From IMG/VR virus record IMGVR_UViG_3300020045_022195, positions 1 to 36,598 of that record: DNA of 36,598 nucleotides. One strand, written 5' to 3'. Below are positions 20,042-29,036 of this stretch, one piece after another. Source of the stretch: a virus. Taxonomy: Duplodnaviria > Caudoviricetes. Each line of letters begins with the position of its first letter. Within the stretch, counting starts at the first letter, position 1. The notes beneath the pieces are model-generated. The model had not been told where the DNA came from. It searched no databases and worked only from the letters and a program-made list of their open reading frames with translations. The translations under genes were made by a program, and so were the position numbers.

Positions 20042-20461
20042 TTATAGCAATAAGTCATCTTCTTCAACAAGTGCGCGAATCACAATATTTCTAGTCGCGG
20101 CCTGTGGGCATGTGCAGGATATTTTAAAACTAGCTGCTCCTTGTACTAAGACAGTTTTTCTTGCCGGGTCTTCTCCTGGTGTATTGGCAGCGACAGTATC
20201 AAGCGTAACTAAATACTCGCCATGCTCTTCTGTATCATAGTCTGTGCCTGAATTTTCCAGTATATCGCCAATGCCCCAAAGAATTTTAAATATTGCTGTA
20301 TCGCCTGCGGCTGGAGTGCCAGTATTATCGGCTGATAACTGAATTGCAACCTTTCGGGTTCCCGTTGATAACGGAAAAGCATCAGACGTTACCGGCGTTG
20401 CTGATGATACGGTTAAGCTATTAGCTGTTTCCCATGCTACAAAAGTGACTGTACGTGCCAT
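20042..20461 (-). CDS. Beta-rich virion accessory protein, paralog of 2856-3281
   Basis: Shared blocks with the 141-aa ORF at 2856-3281. Confidence 0.65.
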   Translation of the reverse strand: MARTVTFVAWETANSLTVSSATPVTSDAFPLSTGTRKVAIQLSADNTGTPAAGDTAIFKILWGIGDILENSGTDYDTEEHGEYLVTLDTVAANTPGEDPARKTVLVQGAASFKISCTCPQAATRNIVIRALVEEDDLLL

Positions 20462-20856
20462 TATGCTGGCCCTATGGCTTTAAATGTGAGTGAAGAGCAA
20501 GATACAATGTCACCGGCGGCTATGATAAGGCCATTTGTTAAATTAGCATCAGAGCCAGAAGCTGCAACACCGAAATGAACCACAACAGTTCCGCCGGATG
20601 TTTCCATCGTGGCATTGGCAACAGCAGTCGCATTACCAACGGCGTTTGAATCAGATGTTATTGCGTCGGCAGTCGCAACTCCGCCGGATGCCGCTGGTAA
20701 AAAAGCTGTCTCTGAAAATGCCAGTGTTGCAGCGGCAGCTCCTGGAGAGCCTAGAGTCCCAGCTAATCTAAGCTTTAAAAAACCAAATGAGCCTATTAAA
20801 CCCAATACGCCATCAGTGCCGGCAGCGTGTGCCTCATTTGAGATTGTGACTGCCAT
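20461..20856 (-). CDS. Small Ala/Gly-rich structural protein
   Basis: AITSDSNAVGN...IAAGDIVSCSSLT beta pattern typical of small virion proteins. Confidence 0.6.
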   Translation of the reverse strand: MAVTISNEAHAAGTDGVLGLIGSFGFLKLRLAGTLGSPGAAAATLAFSETAFLPAASGGVATADAITSDSNAVGNATAVANATMETSGGTVVVHFGVAASGSDANLTNGLIIAAGDIVSCSSLTFKAIGPA

Positions 20857-20983
20857 CTTTTGTATCCTTCGGTTGTATTACTGCCGTTCCGGTTAATGTA
20901 TATGTTTTGGTTTGTCCTGTTGCCGCGCTCTTGACATTAATAACCATGTCAACAACTGGTGTTTTGCCTGTAGCTAAGATCAT
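20834..20983 (-). CDS. Small hypothetical protein (49 aa, below ORF-track cutoff)
   Basis: ATGA overlap with the portal stop; MILATGKTPVVDMVINVKSAATGQTKTYTLTG... Confidence 0.45.
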   Translation of the reverse strand: MILATGKTPVVDMVINVKSAATGQTKTYTLTGTAVIQPKDTKDGSHNLK

Positions 20984-22938
20984 TGTATAGTCCTCTCATA
21001 AGCTGATACTGGTCGGCCATTTTGATCGCGTACTAATATACGCTCTTTAGGTAATAAAGATTGTTGAATCATTTGTCCGTGCTGTTCAATAGCTTGTTGC
21101 TGTTTGTTTAGCACATCAATTATCTCGTTAGAGATATTTTTAAGACGAATCATTTGCTCAACATCTTCAGGTGAAATCTTACCATCCATTCTAGCCAACA
21201 ATATCTTCATATTATCACTGTTTTGTGCAATTTCCTTATCTTTTTGAGCATTAGTATTTGCTATATTAGCCTGATTATCAAGCCGCATCTTTTCTATTTC
21301 CATTGTGTTATCAGGTGGCGGTTGTGGAGGCTGCATTTGCTCTATGAATTGCTCTATTTCATCGCCAAATTGGAACCTACGAACAACAGTCATCATCATG
21401 GCTTTTGCTGCTTCAAATGGGAAAGCGCCTGATTGAACTAATGGGGTTACGCCCTGTAAATACTGCCCAAAAGCTTGCATTGCATCGCTAATATTCTTTT
21501 GATCTTCGGCGGCCTCTGGCAATATAGTTGAATTTGTTTCAATATCTATCTTATACGAGCGCTGCATATCATTTTGAAGCATCTGTAAAACTTGCGCCCA
21601 TTCTCCTTCTTGTAACTGCAATCCTGTCATGTTGCTCCAGGTTTGCGGGCTAAACTTGGTTGCAGCTATCTCCAGCATAATGCGCAATAAATCCCGTGCG
21701 TATGTCTGCACGCGCTTTTGCGAGCGCTTAAGCCGCATGGTTCCCCATTGGCTTTTAATACCTTGCGCTGTAGCGGTCTCGTTAGCATCTGTTGCGCCTC
21801 TTATGATGTCGGATATGCCGGTAATTTCATAGATGGTTTGTTTGCACGATTCACGAGATTGATACAGCGTCTGCAGTGTGGCCACCATCTGCTCGATGGG
21901 CATAAACCAGATTGCATTCTGAAAGCCACGCTCGGCTGCCAATGCACTTGATTTGTCGGCAGGTATGAAAGTATTGTCATCGCCTTTCATTAGGTTTTCT
22001 ATGTCTGATCCTAACGATCCGTCATAGATGCCCTTTGCTTTAATTGCTGTTGATAAGCGAGTTATCCTTTTTGTTAGCTCGTTAAGCTCTTTTGCTTGAG
22101 CTTCATATACATGATACGGCGCTGTTGGGCAAAGGTCGCTTGATTTTTCAAAGAATTGTAATGGCTTTGGTATTGGAAAAAAATTAGCAAGTTGCAAAGG
22201 GTCTTCGTCAGGTTCCTTTAAGAAATCATCAGCATAATTTGTGCTGACTAAACGAATCATTCTTGTAGTTTTATCCCATATCTGATAAATACAAGTTGTT
22301 TTCTGTCCGCCCTTTTCGTTTTCTTCCTGCTCGTTTTTGTCTTCGCCTTCTTCGTCTCCGGTCGTGAACCTAAGCTTTGCTATTACTTCCTCATCTATAC
22401 CCAATCGCTTGGCCTCTTCCTTATCTATATGCTCCTCGAATGCAATCCAAGGTACATTTGCCCATTTTTTAGCATAGCCAAACAAAACACGATCCCATAC
22501 AATGTGATCAAGGCATATCGTTTCTAATTTTATTTGATCGCCTTCTACTTCAGCATCGTATTTAATTCTTGTCACGCCTCGCCCAGGCAATAGTCCATCT
22601 AATGTAGCATAGCTTATTGCATCATCGAATGAATCATACCCGTCTATGTTTGTGTCAAGCAGGTATTCAAGCATTCTAGTAGATGCTCTGGCTATTGCCA
22701 TTCCGAGAGGATCATTATCGTTAAAGCGGCGCTTTACTTTTGGGCGCGGGGTAGCTGAATAGAGAGCAGGAAGAAGGGTATCGGTGTTGGAATAGAGAAT
22801 ATTGAAAGGCACTTTTTTGTCATCGTCGCACTCGTATATTTCATTTATGCGCTGGCCTTCTTTGCGAAAACGTTTATCACGCTTTAATGCCTGATGTATT
22901 TCATCATGCCAATAAGCTACATCATCAATTTTCGCCAT
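20980..22938 (-). CDS. Portal protein
   Basis: 652 aa directly after TerL. YEITGISDIIRG...ETATAQ motif and Q/P-rich C-terminal barrel. Confidence 0.85.
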   Translation of the reverse strand: MAKIDDVAYWHDEIHQALKRDKRFRKEGQRINEIYECDDDKKVPFNILYSNTDTLLPALYSATPRPKVKRRFNDNDPLGMAIARASTRMLEYLLDTNIDGYDSFDDAISYATLDGLLPGRGVTRIKYDAEVEGDQIKLETICLDHIVWDRVLFGYAKKWANVPWIAFEEHIDKEEAKRLGIDEEVIAKLRFTTGDEEGEDKNEQEENEKGGQKTTCIYQIWDKTTRMIRLVSTNYADDFLKEPDEDPLQLANFFPIPKPLQFFEKSSDLCPTAPYHVYEAQAKELNELTKRITRLSTAIKAKGIYDGSLGSDIENLMKGDDNTFIPADKSSALAAERGFQNAIWFMPIEQMVATLQTLYQSRESCKQTIYEITGISDIIRGATDANETATAQGIKSQWGTMRLKRSQKRVQTYARDLLRIMLEIAATKFSPQTWSNMTGLQLQEGEWAQVLQMLQNDMQRSYKIDIETNSTILPEAAEDQKNISDAMQAFGQYLQGVTPLVQSGAFPFEAAKAMMMTVVRRFQFGDEIEQFIEQMQPPQPPPDNTMEIEKMRLDNQANIANTNAQKDKEIAQNSDNMKILLARMDGKISPEDVEQMIRLKNISNEIIDVLNKQQQAIEQHGQMIQQSLLPKERILVRDQNGRPVSAYERTIQ

Positions 22939-24328
22939 TTCGCCTTGCCTTCATTTTGTCAAGATGTTTTTTTGTTAATGCGCCCATTGTAATGTTATTA
23001 ATAGAATTTGCAAGTAAGTTATTGCTGGATGGCTTAATATCCCTCGCCTCTTTCCATGTAAGCGATAAATACCTGAATGCATCGGCATAGTTTGATGCCC
23101 AATCATGAACTGGCTGATCGGTGAATATCTTCTTCTCTTCGTCATAACCGTGATGATACGAGCGTAATGCCTCCAATCCATCGCCGCATGTATCATCATT
23201 GAAATAGCATCTAGGAAATGTTGCTCTGGCAGCTTGTATGCCTTGTTGTTTCGATACGTTAGGCACCTTCTTTATTGCCCCTAATCGCTCATCTTTATTC
23301 AAGTCATAAAACTGTTGTGCAATCGTCTTACCTCCTGCCGCAAGATGCGCCCCATAAGCATCATGCGGCAACCAAAGCGAAGAATAAGAATAGGGCTTTT
23401 CACGTAATAGATTATCGTAGAAAGGAATATCTTTGTGGTTCGATTCGTGGCAATCGATAATGTATATTTCGCTACCCTTTATTTGATAAAACCAAATTGC
23501 CGTTGTATCTGTGCTGCCTAAGTCAAAAGCTGTATGAACAGGATAATTGGTATCATACGGAAATACACCAATTCTATTTTGATATTGTAATTTAGATAAG
23601 CAATCTGCCCATATTGCACCAATGATAGCCGCATCAAACGATACATAATATTCTTGCAAATATATAGCAGTGCCAAACTCTTCGCCATGCTGCTGTATTA
23701 GCTCATTCTTAATTCTTGCTAATTGCTCAGGCTGAAATATTCCAGTTGTATCTGCGGTTTGCACATCGTAATACCAGGATTTATCATCTTCTGCCATTAA
23801 GCAAAGTTTATGAAAATGATTTTTACCGCGCGGAGTGCTGTTGAACGCTGCCCAGCCTCCATTCTCTTCCAAGATTGGCATTAGATAGGCCCATGATGAT
23901 GGGTTACTGATTGCGTACTCAGAAAATACAAGGCCAACAGGAGGGGAGCCGACGAGAGAGTTAAAATTATCTGAGCCAACAAGCTGAATAGTAGAGCCTG
24001 ATTTAAGCTCTATCTTCATTTCTTGCTGATTTGTTTTTTCTCTGATGATTTCAGGAATGATGGTATCTAGGCGCTTTTGTCCAGTGTTGGGATTTATTGC
24101 ATCCCACATGGATTTTCGTGCTTGCGCGTATTCAGGCAGCATGTACCAGTAGTTGCCTATACGTTCATGGGCTGCAACAATTGTAAAATTTAGATATACA
24201 TCATCCTTACCAGCCCTACGATGCCAACGAGCCACTGATCGTTTGCATCCTTGCATGAGCTTTGACCATAGTTGCTTCTGATGCTGTCGTGGCTTCCAGT
24301 TATTCGGGATGTTTATAATTTCATCCAT
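22925..24328 (-). CDS. terL: Terminase large subunit
   Basis: Walker A-like WHRRAGKD, Walker B LVFSEY, STPRGKNHF, nuclease DLG and HDWASNYADAFRY. Confidence 0.93.
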   Translation of the reverse strand: MDEIINIPNNWKPRQHQKQLWSKLMQGCKRSVARWHRRAGKDDVYLNFTIVAAHERIGNYWYMLPEYAQARKSMWDAINPNTGQKRLDTIIPEIIREKTNQQEMKIELKSGSTIQLVGSDNFNSLVGSPPVGLVFSEYAISNPSSWAYLMPILEENGGWAAFNSTPRGKNHFHKLCLMAEDDKSWYYDVQTADTTGIFQPEQLARIKNELIQQHGEEFGTAIYLQEYYVSFDAAIIGAIWADCLSKLQYQNRIGVFPYDTNYPVHTAFDLGSTDTTAIWFYQIKGSEIYIIDCHESNHKDIPFYDNLLREKPYSYSSLWLPHDAYGAHLAAGGKTIAQQFYDLNKDERLGAIKKVPNVSKQQGIQAARATFPRCYFNDDTCGDGLEALRSYHHGYDEEKKIFTDQPVHDWASNYADAFRYLSLTWKEARDIKPSSNNLLANSINNITMGALTKKHLDKMKARRNGEN

Positions 24329-24479
24329 GAATTATTTTATCAATCCCATGTAATTTCCCATCGTATCGTTTTTCTTTTTCGTATAAAGATAAAAAATATG
24401 CTTGATATTTTATCAATCCTTTTCGATATGCAAGCCATGTAAGATATGCATAATATTTAATAATATGTGAATTATTCAT
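24321..24479 (-). CDS. Small hypothetical protein (52 aa)
   Basis: MNNSHIIKYYAYLTWL... overlaps the TerL start; below track cutoff. Confidence 0.3.
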   Translation of the reverse strand: MNNSHIIKYYAYLTWLAYRKGLIKYQAYFLSLYEKEKRYDGKLHGIDKIIHG

Positions 24480-24547
24480 TAGCTAAAAATATTGATTAAG
24501 TTTGATATGATCCAGTCAATTAGTTCTATCATTTTTATATCGTTTCC

Positions 24548-24736
24548 CTAATTCTTACAATCAGCGCAAAACCAGGGATTTTTTACTGGATTTGTTCCAC
24601 CTTTTTTTATTTTCATTTCTTTGCATTTTGAGCATTTTTTTTGTTTAAAATTTAAATAATAACTTTTTATTTGTACGTAATCGCCTTCAGAGTAATTATC
24701 ATATCGAGTTCCTGTGCCTTTCGAACTAATTTTCAT
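24548..24736 (-). CDS. Small zinc-finger protein
   Basis: CSKC...WFCADC; start overlaps the TerS stop. Confidence 0.55.
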   Translation of the reverse strand: MKISSKGTGTRYDNYSEGDYVQIKSYYLNFKQKKCSKCKEMKIKKGGTNPVKNPWFCADCKN

Positions 24737-24969
24737 TATACGCTCTTATTGATATTAATAATTAATTTACCGCCTACTTCGCCGCTATGTTCAACTGCTT
24801 TCAAGTCAGGCATTGTTTTTTTAAGAAGTATTTCGATGGCTTTTATTCTATCTCTATCTAGCTCTATCAATCCAAGAGCAAAATCATCTAAGCGCTTCAA
24901 TAACTTAGCGCTAGAGATTGATTCTCTCCACTTCTCTTGTCTCTCTTTTGATCCCTTTGGTTCAGCCAT
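24736..24969 (-). CDS. terS: Terminase small subunit (short type)
   Basis: IKAIEILLKKTMPDLKAVEHSGEVGG C-terminal pattern; upstream of TerL. Confidence 0.7.
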   Translation of the reverse strand: MAEPKGSKERQEKWRESISSAKLLKRLDDFALGLIELDRDRIKAIEILLKKTMPDLKAVEHSGEVGGKLIININKSV

Positions 24970-25002
24970 TTGATAATTAAATAGTTTTATCGGATTGTTA
25001 TG

Positions 25003-25275
25003 TTATAACATATCATTTTTAAGTTGTGCAATCAAATAAACAAAATTTCTCTCAGTCATTCTGATCCATTCGTTCAAATGATCAATTGAATCGAATCCAT
25101 TTTCATCTATAAATTTTTTCTTTGATAAATCCGTATTAAGTTTTGATGATTTATAATAAAAATTGCAAATATTATAAATATCATATATTTCGCATTTTAT
25201 TTTATCATTTCTTATCTTTTCTTTTTCTTTAATTATTTTTAATGCAGTTTCAATTGCTTTGATTTCATTTTTCAT
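25003..25275 (-). CDS. Hypothetical protein
   Basis: 90-aa co-oriented ORF. Confidence 0.45.
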   Translation of the reverse strand: MKNEIKAIETALKIIKEKEKIRNDKIKCEIYDIYNICNFYYKSSKLNTDLSKKKFIDENGFDSIDHLNEWIRMTERNFVYLIAQLKNDML

Positions 25276-25426
25276 ATATGTCGCTCATATTTTTCTTTTT
25301 TTGTACATTCCCATTCTGATTTTTTTAATGCAATGCTTTCTTCGTTACTTACTGTATAAATTCCAAAGCCAGCAAAGATCAAAAACAATACTAACATTCC
25401 TAAAATTATATAATAAATATTATTAT

Positions 25427-25696
25427 TCATTGAACTGTCCAGCCTTTTCTAAGTATTTTTGTATTTTTATCGCAATAAAAAGAGTATCCAGCCGCCTCGC
25501 CGATTTGGATCAAGTCTTCATCAGAGTAAGTATCTAAGTTATCTCTTTCAATTCTAACTACACGACCAGATGTGCTGCCTTGTATCATTGCATTGTAATA
25601 CTCGCTGTAGCCCGTAAATATCGCATAAGCTACGTTGCCATCTCTTATTACGTGCGAGTGCATTTTCAATTGTGTTCTTTTGATAATGTTTTTCAT
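25427..25696 (-). CDS. Hypothetical protein
   Basis: ATG 25696 preceded by AATTGGAGAACAAA RBS and a consensus promoter. Confidence 0.6.
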   Translation of the reverse strand: MKNIIKRTQLKMHSHVIRDGNVAYAIFTGYSEYYNAMIQGSTSGRVVRIERDNLDTYSDEDLIQIGEAAGYSFYCDKNTKILRKGWTVQ

Positions 25697-25738
25697 TTTG
25701 TTCTCCAATTAATTTATGTTTGTTTTGATGTTGGATAT

Positions 25739-25767
25739 ATTAAATCATAAATTTATTATTGTGTCAA
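25739..25767 (-). promoter_or_regulatory. Sigma70-type promoter
   Basis: Minus strand TTGACA-17 nt-TTTAAT with extended -10 TG. Confidence 0.7.
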
Positions 25768-25844
25768 ATTATTTTTAAAATATTTTCATAGCCAGTCATT
25801 ACCGACCGCAACGAGTGCGGTAAATTTTATACAATGTACAAAAA

Positions 25845-25932
25845 CCGTATACTGTATATTTGTATATCCCCTATAGGGGGGATATACAATACAGTACAGT
25901 GTATAAAATCGTATATACACTGTATATATACG
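25845..25932. other. Palindrome-rich putative replication origin
   Basis: 12-bp IR TTGTATATCCCC/GGGGATATACAA (25860-25889), 11-bp IR TACAGTGTATA/TATACACTGTA (25895-25924) and repeated GTATA, all next to the helicase stop. Confidence 0.5.
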
Positions 25933-27084
25933 CTATTTTAGTACTAATATATTGTTGATTTTTAAAGGAATTTCTTCAAAAATACCGCTATTGATATACT
26001 TTGACAAAGAAACTCTTATATACTCGCTATTTTTTCCTACCATATTTTTAGCAAGAACGCAAAAATATTTTCTTTTTACGCCAATCTTATCGCCAAAAGA
26101 AATAGGATCATCTTCCAGACATTGAATAAACGCCTTATAAAAAATAGAATTTAACTCATTAAATTTTGCGTTTTTTTCTGGCCTAAATTGATCCAGATTA
26201 TCACTCACTAAATCGAGTACCAACGATGTAGAATTTGATCCATCCTGATTCATTAATCCAAGATCAACATGGCGCGCAATACAATGAATATCATCAAAAG
26301 TCTCAGAGTCTTTCATTTTTATACTTGAAAGCTTGCATCCCATGCCTTTATCGGCTTCCCTTTCCATAATCATTACAAAGTCCGTATTTCCCTGAAAAGC
26401 ATAAGCCCCACGAACACCGCGTTCAGCATCTTTTCCAAAATGGTGAACAATCAGGCTTGACGTAAAGCCATTAGCAATAGATCGCTGTATTTTTGCTAAT
26501 ACCGCACCAACCTCACTATTATCATTTTCATTTGTACGGCTATTCATACTCGAAAATGTATCAAAAATAACCAATGAAGGCCGCATTTTTTGAATTTCTA
26601 GCGATAACGCATCGACATCAGCATCAATATCCAAAAACATCTTTTGATCCATGATAAGCAGATTTTCAGCTAATCCATTTTTTACAATACTGAGCGCCCT
26701 TAACCTGCGACCTAATGCACCATGACCCTCGCCGCATACATAAATTACTTTATGTGAATGAAATGTTTTATATTCAAAAAATTCGCTACCAGTAGCCAAA
26801 CAATACGCTAATTCTAATGCCATAAACGACTTAAAAGCCTGACTAGCACCTGCCAGAATTCCATGAGAATCGATTTCTAAAATCTTATTAATTAAATAGG
26901 TAGGTGGGCTGGCATTTTCAGCCAGTTTTGAGGCAGAACTAAATGATATCTTGCTTCCCTTCTCTTCTTCTTGATCATCTTCAAATATGAATCCATTATT
27001 AAAATCAACCATATCCAGCGGGTCAGAATTAGCACGAATATTGGCTAGCTCAGCTCTTGCAAGCTCTATTATATTATCGGCCAT
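25933..27084 (-). CDS. AAA_25 / RepA-type (SF4-like) replicative helicase
   Basis: Walker A-like GASQAFKSF, YVCGEG, Walker B LVIFDT, ENDNSE and VHHFGKDAERGVRG. Confidence 0.85.
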   Translation of the reverse strand: MADNIIELARAELANIRANSDPLDMVDFNNGFIFEDDQEEEKGSKISFSSASKLAENASPPTYLINKILEIDSHGILAGASQAFKSFMALELAYCLATGSEFFEYKTFHSHKVIYVCGEGHGALGRRLRALSIVKNGLAENLLIMDQKMFLDIDADVDALSLEIQKMRPSLVIFDTFSSMNSRTNENDNSEVGAVLAKIQRSIANGFTSSLIVHHFGKDAERGVRGAYAFQGNTDFVMIMEREADKGMGCKLSSIKMKDSETFDDIHCIARHVDLGLMNQDGSNSTSLVLDLVSDNLDQFRPEKNAKFNELNSIFYKAFIQCLEDDPISFGDKIGVKRKYFCVLAKNMVGKNSEYIRVSLSKYINSGIFEEIPLKINNILVLK

Positions 27085-27087
27085 GAC

Positions 27088-27240
27088 TTAGCCTCTATTT
27101 GATTCGCGCTCTACCAATATCTGAATCCACCGACTCATGGATACTCCATTTTTATTCGCTTGCCTAAAAAGCTCGTCTTTAATGATGGCAGGCATACGCA
27201 TTTGAAGTGTAGAAGGAGTGGTTTTAGATTTTTTTTTCAT
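27088..27240 (-). CDS. Ribbon-helix-helix (Arc-like) DNA-binding protein, 50 aa
   Basis: MKKKSKTTPSTLQMRMPAIIKDELFRQANKNGVSMSRWIQILVERE: beta strand LQMRMP, helix, G-x-S, helix. Missed by the ORF track. Confidence 0.7.
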   Translation of the reverse strand: MKKKSKTTPSTLQMRMPAIIKDELFRQANKNGVSMSRWIQILVERESNRG

Positions 27241-27308
27241 TTTATACTTCCTTTTTTATAAATTGTATGGTAAAGTGTATCACAGATTTTAATTATTGGA
27301 GAAGAAAA

Positions 27309-27689
27309 ATGAACAGAGAATTACTAAAAAAATGCCTAAATGAATTTTATTTAATTCATGAAACAGCTGGAATAAGAAGTGCTGATATTTGCGAAGAAAT
27401 AGAGAAAGAGCTTTCCAAGCCTGAGCCTGATCCGGGCGCATGGATGTATCACTGGGAAGATGGCCAATTGTTTGGAATTTATGATAAAAGGCATCCATTA
27501 GCTCATAAATTGGATATTATTGAGAAATTGCTTTACACATCACCGCCAAGCCGTGAGCCGTTGAGTGAGGATGAAATAGAAAAATTGATTCATGATACAT
27601 TTGGGGAATTATGCCTATTGAGCAGTAAAGATTTATTTAAAATGGCTAGGGCCGTCGAAAAGTATAAAAATAATTTGACAACAAAATAA
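27309..27689 (+). CDS. Hypothetical phage protein
   Basis: ATG 27309 after ATTGGAGAAGAAAA. EPxAWMY...LYTSPP...PLSEDEI pattern common in phage early genes. Confidence 0.65.
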   Translation: MNRELLKKCLNEFYLIHETAGIRSADICEEIEKELSKPEPDPGAWMYHWEDGQLFGIYDKRHPLAHKLDIIEKLLYTSPPSREPLSEDEIEKLIHDTFGELCLLSSKDLFKMARAVEKYKNNLTTK

Positions 27690-27703
27690 TTTTATGATAT
27701 ATT
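27675..27703 (+). promoter_or_regulatory. Sigma70-type early promoter
   Basis: TTGACA (27675-80), 17 nt, TATATT (27698-703), with extended -10 TG. Confidence 0.75.
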
Positions 27704-27730
27704 AAGATCGTAATTTAACTGGAGATGAAA

Positions 27731-27901
27731 ATGAATACAAAAGAACTAATTGAAGCTTTAAGCGAAGATTTTCAAGAAGATAATAATTTAATTGATAACG
27801 CTTGTTTTAAAAGGCTAATAAGGCTTTCATATGAAAACGGAGAAAAAGGGGAAATATCTTGCTCATTACTAAATATAGTAAAAAAAATTGTGGAAATATA
27901 G
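27731..27901 (+). CDS. Hypothetical protein (56 aa)
   Basis: MNTKELIEALSEDF..., with AACTGGAGA RBS, first gene after the promoter. Confidence 0.6.
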   Translation: MNTKELIEALSEDFQEDNNLIDNACFKRLIRLSYENGEKGEISCSLLNIVKKIVEI

Positions 27902-27903
27902 TT

Positions 27904-28167
27904 ATGCAAATAATTGATAAAAATGAAATTAAAGAAATAACACCAGAAATTATATCCGAATTATTTTGCCATATGAGTCAAGACGAACAAGCAAGATTTT
28001 TTAATCACATATCAGAAATTGCTACAAAATGGTTTTGCTTTCAGTTGCAATATATAACAGATGATAATGGCCTTACCTATGGTGGTCGTAGAGTCATGCA
28101 GGAAATAGGAGAATATTCACATTGGGGGCTTGTGCCTAGAATCAATAATGAAGGTAAAGTAATTTAA
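27904..28167 (+). CDS. Hypothetical protein
   Basis: ATG 2 nt after the upstream stop. Confidence 0.6.
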   Translation: MQIIDKNEIKEITPEIISELFCHMSQDEQARFFNHISEIATKWFCFQLQYITDDNGLTYGGRRVMQEIGEYSHWGLVPRINNEGKVI

Positions 28168-28179
28168 CTGGAGATGAAA

Positions 28180-28695
28180 ATGCTAGCTAAAGATTTAATG
28201 AAAAAATACAATGCGTGCAATGCGGCAATTGAGTGGGCAGAAGAAAAAACAGTACAAGAAGCGTGGGATAAATGCGAACGTGGCGACTGGATGCTTTGGA
28301 TATATAAAAAATTATATCCTGATAATTTAAAAGAATTGACATTAGCAAAAGCCTATTGTGCGAATACCGTTAGGCACTTAATGAAAGATGAGCGAAGCAT
28401 AAATGCGGTAGATATAGCTATAAAATTTGGTAATGACAATGCTAACCGTGAAGAATTAAGGGCTGCTGCTTATGCTGCTTATGCTGCTGCTTCTGCTTCT
28501 CATGCTGCTTATGCTGTTGATGCTGCTGCTGATGCTGCTGCTTATGCTGCTTATGCTGCTGATGCTGCTGCTGCTTATGCTGCTGATGCTGCTGCTTATG
28601 CTGCTTATGCTGCTGCTTCTGCTGATGCTCTAAAAGATAATAGAAAAAAAACAGCTGATATATGCCGAAAATATCTAACTATTTTAACTGGATAG
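28180..28695 (+). CDS. Phage protein with Ala-rich (AAYAA/AADAA) low-complexity tract
   Basis: NAC...AWDKCERGDWMLW N-terminus; GCT-based repeat at ~28462-28629. Confidence 0.75.
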   Translation: MLAKDLMKKYNACNAAIEWAEEKTVQEAWDKCERGDWMLWIYKKLYPDNLKELTLAKAYCANTVRHLMKDERSINAVDIAIKFGNDNANREELRAAAYAAYAAASASHAAYAVDAAADAAAYAAYAADAAAAYAADAAAYAAYAAASADALKDNRKKTADICRKYLTILTG

Positions 28696-28700
28696 AAAAA

Positions 28701-28883
28701 ATGAAAGAAATCATTCTTGACACTATAAGCGATATGGTTACTGATCTTTTTTACTACAATAGAAAAAATGATGATGAATTGCCAATAGGGGAAATAGAAA
28801 AACTTATAAAAAATGGAGACATAACAATTGATGAAATGGTTAACGAATTTAAAAATTCTATTCTTAATATGATAAAAGAGTAA
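28701..28883 (+). CDS. Hypothetical protein
   Basis: ATG 28701 after AACTGGATAGAAAAA; FYYNRKNDDELP motif. Confidence 0.6.
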   Translation: MKEIILDTISDMVTDLFYYNRKNDDELPIGEIEKLIKNGDITIDEMVNEFKNSILNMIKE

Positions 28884-28889
28884 TAAAAA

Positions 28890-29036
28890 ATGGATAAAAC
28901 ATCAAAAAAAGACTGGCCAAACGTTAAAATTGATCCAGAACTGCACAAAAAAATTAGGCAATTTTGCCTTAATCAAGACCGACGCATTCAAGAATTTATA
29001 AATGAATGCCTCACTACGGAGAAGCATGTCAAATGA
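28890..29036 (+). CDS. Ribbon-helix-helix-like protein, 48 aa
   Basis: NVKIDPELHKKIRQFCLNQDRRIQEFINECL; ATGA overlap with the ERF gene. Missed by the ORF track. Confidence 0.6.
   Translation: MDKTSKKDWPNVKIDPELHKKIRQFCLNQDRRIQEFINECLTTEKHVK

Larger units (their letters stand above)
27710..28182 (+). repeat. 24-bp perfect direct repeat GTAATTTAACTGGAGATGAAAATG at 27710-27733 and 28159-28182
   Basis: Exact match read from the sequence; each copy comprises an RBS and start codon. Confidence 0.9.

Noticed and set aside
1805-20461. Diversity-generating retroelement (TR/VR) behind the paralogous genes
   Set aside because: No reverse transcriptase. The paralogs differ at all base types, not only at adenines.
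6177-23460. Numerous plus-strand ORFs opposite structural genes (e.g. 6522-6965, 10070-10438, 20609-20896)
   Set aside because: Antisense shadows of long minus-strand genes with no RBS or motif support.
27710-28182. CRISPR array or attL/attR from the 24-bp repeat
   Set aside because: Only two copies 449 bp apart enclosing ORFs; no cas gene or integrase recognised.
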